Source: Collinsella aerofaciens
Lineage (GTDB): Bacteria > Actinomycetota > Coriobacteriia > Coriobacteriales > Coriobacteriaceae
Direction: 5' to 3'
DNA length: 64,000 nt
NCBI GenBank assembly: GCA_905213725.1
Contig: CAJMJM010000001.1
Span: forward strand, 577-64,576
The position numbers and the translations under genes are program-made. The notes under the pieces are model-generated. The model saw only the letters and a list, made by a program, of their open reading frames with translations. It had not been told where the DNA came from and ran no database searches. Shown here piece after piece: positions 19,185 through 29,497 of the stretch. How positions within the stretch are numbered: the stretch's first letter is position 1; each line of letters opens with the position of its first letter.

Positions 19185-19902
19185 TGGAATGACGGATCAT
19201 CGCGCTTCGCGCTTACTCACAAAAATGGAGATTCCGCTGCTCCTGGCGGTGCCGGCAGTGATGACTGCGGCGTTGCTGGCGGGCATTGAGCAGGCGGCGC
19301 TTGCCATGCTGGTTGTAGTGGCGCTCGTGCTCGCACTGTTCTTTGCGGGCTACGAGACATCACGTCCAGGCCTGCGCCAGATCATGCCCACGCTGGTGCT
19401 GGCGGCGCTGGCCGCGGCGGGGCGCATCCTGTTTGGGCCCATTCCCGATTTTAAGCCCGTGAGCGCTATCGCCATTATCGCGGGTGCGACACTTGGCCGT
19501 CGCAATGGTTTTATGGTCGGCGCGTTGGCAGCGCTGACCAGTAATTTCTTTTTTGGACAGGGCATGTGGACGCCGTGGCAGATGTATGCCTGGGGTCTGG
19601 TGGGCTATATCGGTGGCGCGCTGGCGCATGCGGGTGCGTTCGACCGCGCGGATGGAACCGTGCGATTGCCGGCGCTGTTGGCGTATGGCTTTGCGTCGGG
19701 CCTGCTGTATGGCGTCGTGATCAACGCGTATGACATCATCGGTTTTGTGCAGCCGCTCACCTGGGCAGGCGCCGTAGCGCGTCTTGCTACGGCGGTGCCG
19801 TTCGACATCATGCATAGCCTCGCGACCTGCGTGTTTTTGGCCGCTCTGTACAAGCCCTGGTGTCGCCGCATCAACCGCGTCGTCGTGAAGTACGGGCTGT
19901 AA
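19156..19902 (+). CDS. ECF transporter substrate-specific (S) component, substrate unknown
   Basis: 248-aa, about 6-TM small membrane protein directly downstream of and overlapping ecfA; typical S-component size and position; substrate cannot be assigned from sequence. Confidence 0.55.
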   Translation: MPTTCSTGRDGMTDHRASRLLTKMEIPLLLAVPAVMTAALLAGIEQAALAMLVVVALVLALFFAGYETSRPGLRQIMPTLVLAALAAAGRILFGPIPDFKPVSAIAIIAGATLGRRNGFMVGALAALTSNFFFGQGMWTPWQMYAWGLVGYIGGALAHAGAFDRADGTVRLPALLAYGFASGLLYGVVINAYDIIGFVQPLTWAGAVARLATAVPFDIMHSLATCVFLAALYKPWCRRINRVVVKYGL

Positions 19903-19948
19903 TAGCGGTTGCGCCGACGCGAGAATCAATACTGCCTTGGTGTCATAT

Positions 19949-20108
19949 CAAAACTATGCCGGTTTACGGGGCTGAATTGACGCAGACCGATCATACCGGC
20001 ATTTTTCGAAAATAGACAAGCCGTCTACCTGCGGCTTTATTTTGCTCGAATTGCGCGTGGTTGGAGGCTCGCGATTCGGCCCCGTAAACCGGCATAGTTT
20101 TGAAATGG
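19949..20108. repeat. structured repeat family A (terminal IR AAACTATGCCGGTTTACGGGGC / GCCCCGTAAACCGGCATAGTTT), locus 1, reverse orientation
   Basis: About 160-bp element with 22-nt terminal inverted repeats and an internal hairpin GCCGTCTACCTGCGGC; copies at 40056-40215 and 47380-47539. Confidence 0.65.
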
Positions 20109-20192
20109 CCGGCATATATTGCTGTCGTCACTGATCTCAGAGGGCCGAAAGGATCCGTTTCCCCGTCCCTAAGCGGTCGCTGGGGATGCCCG

Positions 20193-20352
20193 CCACGAAA
20201 CCAGCCCATCTACTACGTTTAACCCGATACCTCCAACCATACCCGCGTTTTATGAAAAACCGCAGGCTCTCTACCTGCGGTTTTCTTTTTGCGTTGTTCG
20301 CTGTGGTTGGGGGTAGTGGCTTAAACGTAGTAGATGGGCGCTTTTCGTGGCA
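20193..20352. repeat. structured repeat family B (terminal IR CCACGAAA...CCCATCTACTACGTTTA / AAACGTAGTAGATGGG...TTTCGTGG), locus 1
   Basis: About 160-bp element with about 30-nt terminal inverted repeats and a central AAAACCGCAGG...CCTGCGGTTTT hairpin; copies at 40294-40463 and 47129-47288; flanked by inverted GGGGACGG(A/G)GAAAACGGATC(A/C)TTTT motifs at 20147-20169 and 20383-20408. Confidence 0.65.
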
Positions 20353-20425
20353 GATGCATTACGCAGGTATCCTCGGAGAGCCAAAATGATCCGTTTTCCT
20401 CCGTCCCCGGGGGATCATTTGGGGG

Positions 20426-21244
20426 TTAGAGCTCCAGGGTGAGGGTGACGGGGCAGTGGTCACTGCCGAAGATGTCGCCGCGGATGCCGGTGTCGCGTAC
20501 GTTGTCGGCGATTGCGTCGCTTACCAGGAAGTAGTCGATGCGCCAGCCTGCGTTGTTCTTGCGGGCATTAAAGCGGTAGCTCCACCAGCTGTAGACGCCC
20601 TCGACGTCCGGATTGGCCGCGCGCCAGGTGTCGGTAAAACCGGCGTCGAGCAGCTCGGTAAACTTGCCGCGCTCCTCGTCCGAAAAGCCGGCGTTGCCGC
20701 GGTTGGACTTGGGGTTCTTAAGGTCGATCTCCTCGTGCGCCACGTTAAAGTCGCCGCAGGTTACGACGGGCTTGCCGGTTTCGCGCTCAAGCGCGCTCAA
20801 AAAGCCGCGATAGGCATCGTCCCAGGCCATGCGCACGTCGATGCGGGCGAGTTCGTTTTGGGCGTTGGGCGTATAGACGTCGACAAACCAGAACTTGTCG
20901 AACTCGAGCGCGCAGACGCGGCCCTCGGTTGCGGCTTGGGCGACGAGCTCGGCAGCCCCACCCTCGCCGGCGTAGGGCAGCAGTGCATTGGCGTGCAGTA
21001 CGCGCAGCGGTTCCTGGCGGCTAAAGACCGCGGTGCCCGAGTAGCCCTTGCGCTCGGCGTAGCTCCAGGTTTGGTGATAGCCGGGCAGGTCGATATCGAC
21101 CTGGCCTTCCTGCAGCTTGGTCTCTTGCAGCGCCAGGATATCGACATCGAGCTCCTGTGCGATCTGGATAAAGCTCGGGTCTTTTTTGAGCACGGCGCGC
21201 AGGCCGTTGACGTTCCACGAGGCGAAAGTGTAAGTCTGAGGCAT
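20426..21244 (-). CDS. xth: exodeoxyribonuclease III
   Basis: 272 aa; ExoIII/APE motifs (SWNVNGLRA, LQETK, GDFNVAHEEIDL, SDHCPV). Confidence 0.9.
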   Translation of the reverse strand: MPQTYTFASWNVNGLRAVLKKDPSFIQIAQELDVDILALQETKLQEGQVDIDLPGYHQTWSYAERKGYSGTAVFSRQEPLRVLHANALLPYAGEGGAAELVAQAATEGRVCALEFDKFWFVDVYTPNAQNELARIDVRMAWDDAYRGFLSALERETGKPVVTCGDFNVAHEEIDLKNPKSNRGNAGFSDEERGKFTELLDAGFTDTWRAANPDVEGVYSWWSYRFNARKNNAGWRIDYFLVSDAIADNVRDTGIRGDIFGSDHCPVTLTLEL

Positions 21245-21357
21245 GGTGTCCTTTCGACGGAGTTGGCAGGCTTAAGATTAACGCAACAAGAGCGGGGCGG
21301 GGTCCGCGAGTGATAGTGCGAACGCCGCCGTCCCGGAGACACGGACGGAGGACATAT

Positions 21358-22110
21358 ATGACGCGGACAATATCGGACCCCAAACAGGCCTCCGCCGCGC
21401 TGGCGGAGCTGTTCGAAACCCATGGCCACGTGGTCTTCTTTGGCGGCGCGGGCGTATCCACGGCAAGCGGCATTCCCGATTTCCGCAGCGTGGACGGTCT
21501 GTATCACCAGCGGTTTTCCTATCCGCCCGAAACTATGCTCTCGCACAGCTTCTACGAGGCGCATCCGGCGGAGTTTTTCGACTTCTACCGGACCAAGATG
21601 ATCGCCCTTAACGCCAAACCCAACCACTGCCACGCCAAGCTGGCGGAGCTGGAGCGCGCCGGCAAGCTCGACGCCGTGGTGACGCAAAATATCGACGGCC
21701 TGCATCAGATGGCCGGATCGCAGCGCGTGTTCGAGCTGCACGGCTCGGTTCACCGCAATATCTGCCAGACGTGCGGCGCGGTCTACAGCGCCGAATGGAT
21801 TTGCGCGCGCGAGCACGAGGATGCCGCGGGCGTGCCCGTGTGCCCCGCATGCGGCGGTCGCATCAAGCCCGACGTGGTGCTCTACGAAGAGCCGCTCGAC
21901 GAGCGCGTGCTCACCGGCGCCGTCACTGCCATCGCCGCGGCCGACGCCCTCGTCGTGGGCGGAACCTCGCTGGTGGTATATCCGGCGGCGGGCCTCACGC
22001 GCTACTTTACCGGCGATACGCTGGCCATTTGCAATTTGGCTCCCACCGATCAGGACGCAAATGCCGACCTGCTGATTTCTTGCGACATCGCGGCCGCGTT
22101 TGCGTTCTAG
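21358..22110 (+). CDS. cobB: NAD-dependent protein deacylase (Sir2 family)
   Basis: Start at MTRTISD (ATG 21358); GAGVSTASGIPDFRS, Zn-ribbon CxxC...CPxCGG. Confidence 0.85.
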   Translation: MTRTISDPKQASAALAELFETHGHVVFFGGAGVSTASGIPDFRSVDGLYHQRFSYPPETMLSHSFYEAHPAEFFDFYRTKMIALNAKPNHCHAKLAELERAGKLDAVVTQNIDGLHQMAGSQRVFELHGSVHRNICQTCGAVYSAEWICAREHEDAAGVPVCPACGGRIKPDVVLYEEPLDERVLTGAVTAIAAADALVVGGTSLVVYPAAGLTRYFTGDTLAICNLAPTDQDANADLLISCDIAAAFAF

Positions 22111-22204
22111 CCCGCGCGCGCGGATACAATAGAAAGACTGATTGCAAAGCGACCCCGCCGCCAGCGCCCGAGCGCGGCGGCGTGGGCATTTTAGGAGGAT
22201 GTTC

Positions 22205-23932
22205 ATGGCGAACGACAGCAAGACATGGCGGTGCGGAAAGTACGAGCTCAGCTTTGACCGTCCGCGCATCATGGGCGTCCTCAACGTGACGCCCGATTCG
22301 TTTAGCGACGGCGGTGAGCACTTTGACCAGGATGCCGCTATCGAGTACGGCCTGGCGATGCTCGATGCCGGCGCCGACATCATCGACGTGGGCGGCGAGT
22401 CCACGCGCCCCGGCTTTACCCCGGTCAACCCGGACGAGGAAGCGCGTCGCGTGCTGCCCGTCGTGCGCGCGCTCGCCAAAGAGGGCGCCATCGTCTCGAT
22501 CGATACACGTCATGTGGCGGTTGCCAAGGCGGCTGTGCGCTGCGGTGCTTCGATTGTCAACGACGTGACGGGCTTCACCGATCCCAAAATGGTTGAGTTC
22601 GTTAAGACGAGCACCTGCGGCGTCATCGTAATGCACGCCGGCGAGGTCGCCGCACCCGCACGCACGCACGCGACGGTGCAGCTTGATACCTCGGCTGCGG
22701 CGTTTGTTGCTGAGAAGGCACGCGAAGCGGCTGCCGAGGCCGCGCGCGAGGCCGAGAAGCCGGCCCGTCGCCGTCGCGGCAAGTTGCTGGGCGAGCCCAG
22801 GGTTGAGGCCAAGCTTCCGGGCGGTGTGGTACAGCCCTCGCTGCCGTTTGGCGAATCGGAGCCCGCGCCCGAGTCCGAGCCGGAGACGCCGCCTGCCGAG
22901 CAGGCTGCCCCTGCCGCCGCTGCGCCCGAGACCGTGCCTGCAGCTACCGAAGCCGCGCCGGAGCCCAGCGACCACCTGGCCGCTATGATGCGCCGCAGCG
23001 CCCGTCGTGAGGAAGCCTATGTGCCCACCTCGCAGCTCCGTCGCTTTACCCTGCCCGATTCTGCGCCCATCATGCGCCGCGTCATGGGCTTTCTGTCCGA
23101 CCAGGCCCGCACGCACAATCATGCCGGCGTGTCGCGCGACCGTATCTGCATCGATCCCGGCCCGGGCTTAGGCAAGACGGCCAACGAAGACATCGTCATC
23201 CAGCGCGAGACCGCCAAGATGGCGTCGCTGGGCTATCCGCTCATGTGCGCCGTGTCGCGCAAGCGCTTTGTGGGCGCCGTCTCGGGCGTGACCGATGCCG
23301 CCGCGCGCGATGCCGCCACGTTTGGTGTGTGCCTGGGCGCCATCCAGGCCGGCGCCAACATCGTGCGCGTGCATGACGTTGCGGGCTTTGCGCAGTTCCT
23401 GAACGGTTACTGGGCCGTTGCCAAGCCGCAGCCGCGCCGCGCGATTGTGGCCGTGGGTTCCAACCTGGGGCATCGCTGCGACAACATTCGCGCTGCGCGC
23501 GACATGATTGCCGAGATCCCGCTCACCTGCGTGTCCAACTGCTCGCGCATCTACGAGAGCGAGCCGGCCTACGAGACACGCCAGGACGCGTTTGCCAACG
23601 CCGTCATCGAGATCAAGACCGAACTGGCTCCGTTGGTGCTGCTTGACGAGCTCATGAAGATCGAGGCCGAGCTGGGGCGCGACCGCTCCAAAAAGGCCAA
23701 GGCCAATGGCCCACGCACCATCGACTTGGACCTGCTGTGGATGGACGGCGAGACCCACGGCGGCAAAAAGCTGCGCCTGCCGCATCCGCTCATTGGCGAG
23801 CGAGACTTTGTGCTGGTGCCGCTTGAGGACCTGATGCACGACCCGGCGCGGTTCTTCCGCTACAACGGCGTCGAGGTCAAGGAGCCCGAGGATCGCGTGG
23901 GCCATATCGTGGGCGAATTGGGGCGTATGTAG
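22205..23932 (+). CDS. folP: bifunctional dihydropteroate synthase / HPPK (FolP-FolK fusion) with about 100-aa low-complexity insertion inside the DHPS barrel
   Basis: Start MANDSKTW 8 nt after AGGAGG; N-terminal DHPS motifs (IMGVLNVTPDSFSDGG, DIIDVGGESTRPG, IVNDVTGF, DPGPGLGKT, RVHDV) split by an A/E/P-rich insert (about aa 160-270); C-terminal HPPK (AIVAVGSNLG...TIDLDLLW...RDFVLVPL). Confidence 0.85.
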   Translation: MANDSKTWRCGKYELSFDRPRIMGVLNVTPDSFSDGGEHFDQDAAIEYGLAMLDAGADIIDVGGESTRPGFTPVNPDEEARRVLPVVRALAKEGAIVSIDTRHVAVAKAAVRCGASIVNDVTGFTDPKMVEFVKTSTCGVIVMHAGEVAAPARTHATVQLDTSAAAFVAEKAREAAAEAAREAEKPARRRRGKLLGEPRVEAKLPGGVVQPSLPFGESEPAPESEPETPPAEQAAPAAAAPETVPAATEAAPEPSDHLAAMMRRSARREEAYVPTSQLRRFTLPDSAPIMRRVMGFLSDQARTHNHAGVSRDRICIDPGPGLGKTANEDIVIQRETAKMASLGYPLMCAVSRKRFVGAVSGVTDAAARDAATFGVCLGAIQAGANIVRVHDVAGFAQFLNGYWAVAKPQPRRAIVAVGSNLGHRCDNIRAARDMIAEIPLTCVSNCSRIYESEPAYETRQDAFANAVIEIKTELAPLVLLDELMKIEAELGRDRSKKAKANGPRTIDLDLLWMDGETHGGKKLRLPHPLIGERDFVLVPLEDLMHDPARFFRYNGVEVKEPEDRVGHIVGELGRM

Positions 23933-24634
23933 ATGATTGAGATGAATGCTGTTGCCGCCGGTACCGAGCTCGACGCGGCGCGTGACGCGGGCCGCGAGGG
24001 CATGTCCGCGGGCTGGTGCGCGTGGAGCGCGGGCGAGGCGTCGTTGACGTTTTCGCTGGTCGTGCGCCCCGATGTGAACATGCATGCCTTCCACGGCCTG
24101 CCGTTTGTGGCCGCAATGGGCATGATGGACGCGCTCGCGGGCACGGCCGCAACGCCGGGCCTGGGGCTTGCCGGCAAAGTGGGCATCCAGTGGCCGAGTG
24201 ACATCGTGTGCGGCGCTCCTGCGTTTGAGACGTCGCTCGCGCGCGTCGCCGTCAACGGTGGTGCCGGTGCTGCGGGCATGTTTGCCGCGGTGACGGTTGA
24301 TGTTGAGCGTGCGGCGCTAGGCGAGCTCGGCGTGGATATGGCCGACGAGGTGCTGGTCGAGGTACTGGCCGCGGCGGTGCTCGCTCGCATTGACACCTGG
24401 GCGGTTGTCGCCAACACGCCACAGGGTGCTGCTGGTCCGTTGGCTCCCGTGCTGGGCGAGTACTTCGACATGGTGCCGCTGCTCGGTCGCCAAGTTGCGG
24501 CGGTGTCGCCCAACGGCTTGCCGCTCGCGGTCGGCGTGTTTGCGGGTCTGGACATCTGGGGTCGCGCAACCATTAAGACCGACGCCGGCGAGCAAGAGTT
24601 TCCGCCCGAGGCCGTGCGCATTCGCGGGCTGTAG
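23933..24634 (+). CDS. biotin--protein ligase-like catalytic-domain protein (BirA-like, no HTH)
   Basis: 233 aa; GKVGIQWPSDI resembles the BirA KWPND motif; weakly conserved; directly downstream of folP-folK. Confidence 0.45.
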   Translation: MIEMNAVAAGTELDAARDAGREGMSAGWCAWSAGEASLTFSLVVRPDVNMHAFHGLPFVAAMGMMDALAGTAATPGLGLAGKVGIQWPSDIVCGAPAFETSLARVAVNGGAGAAGMFAAVTVDVERAALGELGVDMADEVLVEVLAAAVLARIDTWAVVANTPQGAAGPLAPVLGEYFDMVPLLGRQVAAVSPNGLPLAVGVFAGLDIWGRATIKTDAGEQEFPPEAVRIRGL

Positions 24635-24671
24635 CGCGAGGCGCCAGCGCTCAAAGACAACGATGACAAGC

Positions 24672-24706
24672 GAAGCCCTCCTCGGCTGTGCCGGGGAGGG
24701 CTTTCG
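24672..24706 (+). terminator. hairpin after BirA-like gene
   Basis: AAGCCCTCC-loop-GGAGGGCTT stem; weak T-tract. Confidence 0.35.
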
Positions 24707-24728
24707 CGTGACTGCAGGGCGGCATCTC

Positions 24729-24776
24729 GGCCCTATTCCTCAAAACTGACAAATTTTCGTTTTTGAGGAATAGGGC
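24729..24776. repeat. perfect 17-bp-arm palindrome GGCCCTATTCCTCAAAA-N14-TTTTGAGGAATAGGGCC
   Basis: Read directly; 54 nt downstream of coaX stop; no U-tract on either strand. Confidence 0.5.
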
Positions 24777-24829
24777 CGATGCGTTGCCTAGGTCGCCGCT
24801 CGCGCTCGTGCTCGACTTAGGCCCCTGTC

Positions 24830-25603
24830 CTACCCCAGCTCCTGCATGCGGCGGTAGATTTCGCAGATACCCTTGATGGTGAGCTGGCCGTCGACTATGT
24901 CGAAGGCGTCGGTCGAATCGGCGACGATGCTGGCGAGGCCGCCCGTGGCGATAACGGTGACGTCCTCGCGCCCCAGCTCGCGCTTCATGCGCGCGACCAG
25001 GCCCTCGGCCATGGCGGCAGCGCCCGTTACGGCGCCGACCTTGATGCACTCCTCGGTATCGCGGCCGATGGCGTGCTCGGGCGCCTCGAGCGGAACGCTA
25101 GCGAGCTTGGCGGCTCGGGCGGCGAGCGCGTCCATCGAAATGCGGATGCCCGGCGCAATCGCTCCGCCAATGTAATAGCCGTCCTCGTCGATGACGTCGA
25201 TATTGGTCGCGGTGCCAAAGTCCACCACGATCGCCGGCGCACCGTAGAAGGTCTCGGCAGCGACGGCGTTGGCTACACGGTCGGCGCCCACGGCCTGGGG
25301 ACGCGCCGCACGCAGCTTGGTCACGGCGGCCGTCTGTGGCCCGATGACGATGGCGTCCGCGGCAATGCGGTCGGCCACGGCGTGCCACTCGCGCGAGAGC
25401 TGTGGCACCACGCCGGCAAAGGCGATCGCGTCGACTGCGCCGAGCGAGAGGTCGTACATCTTAAAGAAGCCCATCAGGCGCACGTGGATCTCGTCGGCGG
25501 TATAGGAGCGGTCGGTGGGCATGCGCCACGACTGCACCAGCTCGTCTCCGTCAAACAGGCCCATGGCCGTCTGCGTGTTTCCCATATCGATAGCGAGCAG
25601 CAT
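24830..25603 (-). CDS. coaX: type III pantothenate kinase
   Basis: Start at MLLAIDMGNT (ATG complement 25601-25603); the 383-aa track ORF is a spurious extension running antisense through the tRNA; CoaX motifs (DFGTATNIDV, GGAIAPG). Confidence 0.85.
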   Translation of the reverse strand: MLLAIDMGNTQTAMGLFDGDELVQSWRMPTDRSYTADEIHVRLMGFFKMYDLSLGAVDAIAFAGVVPQLSREWHAVADRIAADAIVIGPQTAAVTKLRAARPQAVGADRVANAVAAETFYGAPAIVVDFGTATNIDVIDEDGYYIGGAIAPGIRISMDALAARAAKLASVPLEAPEHAIGRDTEECIKVGAVTGAAAMAEGLVARMKRELGREDVTVIATGGLASIVADSTDAFDIVDGQLTIKGICEIYRRMQELG

Positions 25604-25799
25604 GTCTACTCCAGGTGTCGGCGTAAAAGGACGCGCACCATTGTATACGCGCCGCCGACAGTGCTCGGCTGCGATTCGTTTACGGTGATATGGGCTGAGG
25701 GGTTTAAATATGAAGGAATTATGCTCTACGAGATTTTCCTTGCCGTTTACCGAACTCCCGCGTAATATTCTTTCTTGCGCACATGAGGCGCCCAGACAT

Positions 25800-25876
25800 T
25801 GCGGGGTGGAGCAGTCTGGTAGCTCGCCGGGCTCATAACCCGGAGGTCGTAGGTTCAAATCCTGCCCCCGCGACCA
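25800..25876 (+). tRNA. initiator tRNA-fMet (anticodon CAT)
   Basis: 77 nt, near-identical to E. coli tRNA-fMet (TGCGGGGTGGAGCAGTCTGGTAGCTCGCCGGGCTCATAACCCGGAGGTCGTAGGTTCAAATCCTGCCCCCGCGACCA); three G-C pairs closing the anticodon stem (GGG/CCC) typical of initiators; position 1:72 is U.G rather than a Watson-Crick pair; CCA encoded. Confidence 0.85.
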
Positions 25877-25964
25877 AGAACTTGCAGCTCGTCGGTCTAG
25901 CCGGCGAGCTTTTTTGTTATTCCGGGACTGTTTTCTCAGCCCAATTTCCAGCCTCTCAAACAAA

Positions 25965-26264
25965 ATCTCGATCTGTAACATCTAGACCCGATTTGGGCGG
26001 TTATCTGTTACAGATCGAGATATACCGGTGGGTTGGGTCCCATTTGTCTAAATCTGTAACACGAGGGACGGATTTTGCCGAGTTGTTGTTACAGATTGAG
26101 ATTTTCTAGCAGACGGGTTTGGATTGTCTCGATCTGTAACAGGTAGGGGCCAAAAGTGGGGCTAGGTGTTACAGATCTAGATTGTTGAGGATGGGTCGAG
26201 ATGAATATCTTGATCTGTAACAGTAAGATCCGGTTTTGCTGTGTAACTGTTACAGATCGAGACA
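25965..26264. repeat. array of four stacked hairpins (stem about 16 bp (A/T)TCTCGATCTGTAACA / TGTTACAGATCGAGA(T), loops 23-27 nt), block 1
   Basis: Units at 25965-26021, 26046-26104, 26126-26181, 26206-26264; block 2 at 30789-31090 is about 85-90% identical including unit-specific loops. Confidence 0.65.
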
Positions 26265-26338
26265 TTTGGACGGAGCAGGTCCGAATATTCGATTCGAAAC
26301 ATGTCAGCAAGGCAGATACTAGGGAACTCTACTAGGCC

Positions 26339-26379
26339 GCCTCCCATTTCTTGGACATTAGAAATGGGAGGCTTCTTTA
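26339..26379 (+). terminator. plus-strand rho-independent terminator downstream of tRNA-fMet and hairpin block 1
   Basis: GCCTCCCATTTCT-loop-AGAAATGGGAGGC followed by TTCTTTA on the + strand only. Confidence 0.45.
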
Positions 26380-26468
26380 TGGACGGGAGAGTCAGGCACG
26401 ACCGCTCTCGGCCTTCACCCACCTCAACTGCTCCTCAATTACATAGAGCTGGTCGAAAAGGGCGCAAG

Positions 26469-27917
26469 CTAGCGGGCGCCTTCCTCGTCGTCGTTGGGTC
26501 GGTAGGTGATGAACTCGATAACAAAGGCCAGAACGGCAGAGACGAGTGAGGCGATGATCGCGTAGATCATGTGGGAGATCCCGGCGCCACCAGGGGTCGC
26601 GTCGATGAAGTTGAGCAGGTTGAAGACGCCGAGGCCGCCCGAGATGTACATGAGGGCGCCCGTCATTCCCACGATGGCGCCGCCCACGGCGGAGCTCAGG
26701 CATGCCACGACGAACGCGCGCTTGTTGGGGAGGGCGATGCCGTAGATGCCCGGCTCGGTGACGCCGAAGAAGAAGGCGGAGATCATCGCGGGAAGGGCGA
26801 TGCCGCGGAAGCGCTCGTCCTTGTTTTTGAGGTACATGGCAAAGATGACCGCTCCGAGCGCGAACGCGTGGCCGATGGTGGCGGCGAGCACGCTGTCGTG
26901 GCCGAGGGTGTTCAGGTTCATGATGGAGATGGGGATGAGGCTCCAGTGGAAGCCAAAGATGACGAGGCACATCCACAGTCCGCCGACCAGGGCGCTGCCC
27001 AAGACGGAACCAACCACGGGAAGCTGGAAGATGAACGAGAACGCCGCGCTCAGCAGGTTGGTGATGAGGGTGGCCACCGGGCCGATGATGAGGTAGCCCA
27101 AGACGATGGAGACCGTCATCGTGGCGAGCGGGACGAGGAACATCTTGAGCGCAGCCGGCATCCAGCTCTTGAGCCAGCGCTCAAGGATAGAGCCGAACCA
27201 CACCATGAGAAGGACGGGGATCACCGAGCTCACGTAGCCGGACACGGGCATGATGATGGGGAGCCCGAGGGCGGTGGCGTACCACGAGAACGTGCCGGCC
27301 ACGCCGAGGTCGATGCTGCCGAGCGCCTCGCCCGAGGTCAGGGCGACCATCGTCGGGTAGAGGAGCGCCACGCCGATTGCCACACCGGTGAACTCGTTCA
27401 TGCGGAACTTGCGCGCGGCGCTGAACGCCAGGGCGACGGGAAGGAAGTAGAAGAAGCCGTCAGCCACGGTGTAGAGCAGCGTGTAGAGGCCGTCGTTTGC
27501 AAAGGCCGGGACGAAGTAGGTGATGAGGGCAAGCAGTCCCTTCATGATGCCTGCGGCGGCAAGCGGTCCCAGGATGGGCTGGAAGATACCGGAGATGAGG
27601 TCGATGATGACGGAGGTCACGGTCTTCTCGCCCTGGGGCTCGTCGCCGGCGCTTGCGCCGCCCGAGAAGTTGCCGGCCTCCAGGACCGCGTCGTAGACGT
27701 CCTCGACGATGTTGCCCACGACCACCTGGTACTGGCCGTTGGCCTGGATGACCTGGATGACGCCCTTGAGGGCCTCGATCTTGGCCGTGTTGGCGCGGGA
27801 CTCGTCCTTGAGCTTGAAGCGCACGCGCGTGATGCAGTGCGCGACGCTGGTGACGTTCTCGGCGCCGCCTACGTTCTCGAGTATGGATCTGGCCAGGTCG
27901 TCGTATTTTTCTGCCAT
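26469..27917 (-). CDS. PTS beta-glucoside-family EIIBC component
   Basis: 482 aa; N-terminal EIIB (CITRVRF region), then about 10-TM EIIC (Glc/Bgl family). Confidence 0.85.
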   Translation of the reverse strand: MAEKYDDLARSILENVGGAENVTSVAHCITRVRFKLKDESRANTAKIEALKGVIQVIQANGQYQVVVGNIVEDVYDAVLEAGNFSGGASAGDEPQGEKTVTSVIIDLISGIFQPILGPLAAAGIMKGLLALITYFVPAFANDGLYTLLYTVADGFFYFLPVALAFSAARKFRMNEFTGVAIGVALLYPTMVALTSGEALGSIDLGVAGTFSWYATALGLPIIMPVSGYVSSVIPVLLMVWFGSILERWLKSWMPAALKMFLVPLATMTVSIVLGYLIIGPVATLITNLLSAAFSFIFQLPVVGSVLGSALVGGLWMCLVIFGFHWSLIPISIMNLNTLGHDSVLAATIGHAFALGAVIFAMYLKNKDERFRGIALPAMISAFFFGVTEPGIYGIALPNKRAFVVACLSSAVGGAIVGMTGALMYISGGLGVFNLLNFIDATPGGAGISHMIYAIIASLVSAVLAFVIEFITYRPNDDEEGAR

Positions 27918-27948
27918 TATTATCTCCTTAGTGATATTGCCCGGGCGG

Positions 27949-29442
<1,494 letters not shown>

Positions 29443-29497
29443 TCACGCGCCGGGCCCGTGGCCCCCTGATGCGCGCGGGCCGCCTGTGAAGGGATGA

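Noticed and set aside
19930-20425. Possible small protein genes inside repeat loci (67-72-aa ORFs at 19991-20209, 20186-20389, 40445-40654, 47270-47518)
   Set aside because: They are entirely within the palindromic A/B repeat elements. Their peptide similarity (for example RFRGERYQLIPRGRRKTGHF versus RFRGGRFRLIHWGRRKTAHF) is a by-product of nucleotide repeat conservation, with no RBS.
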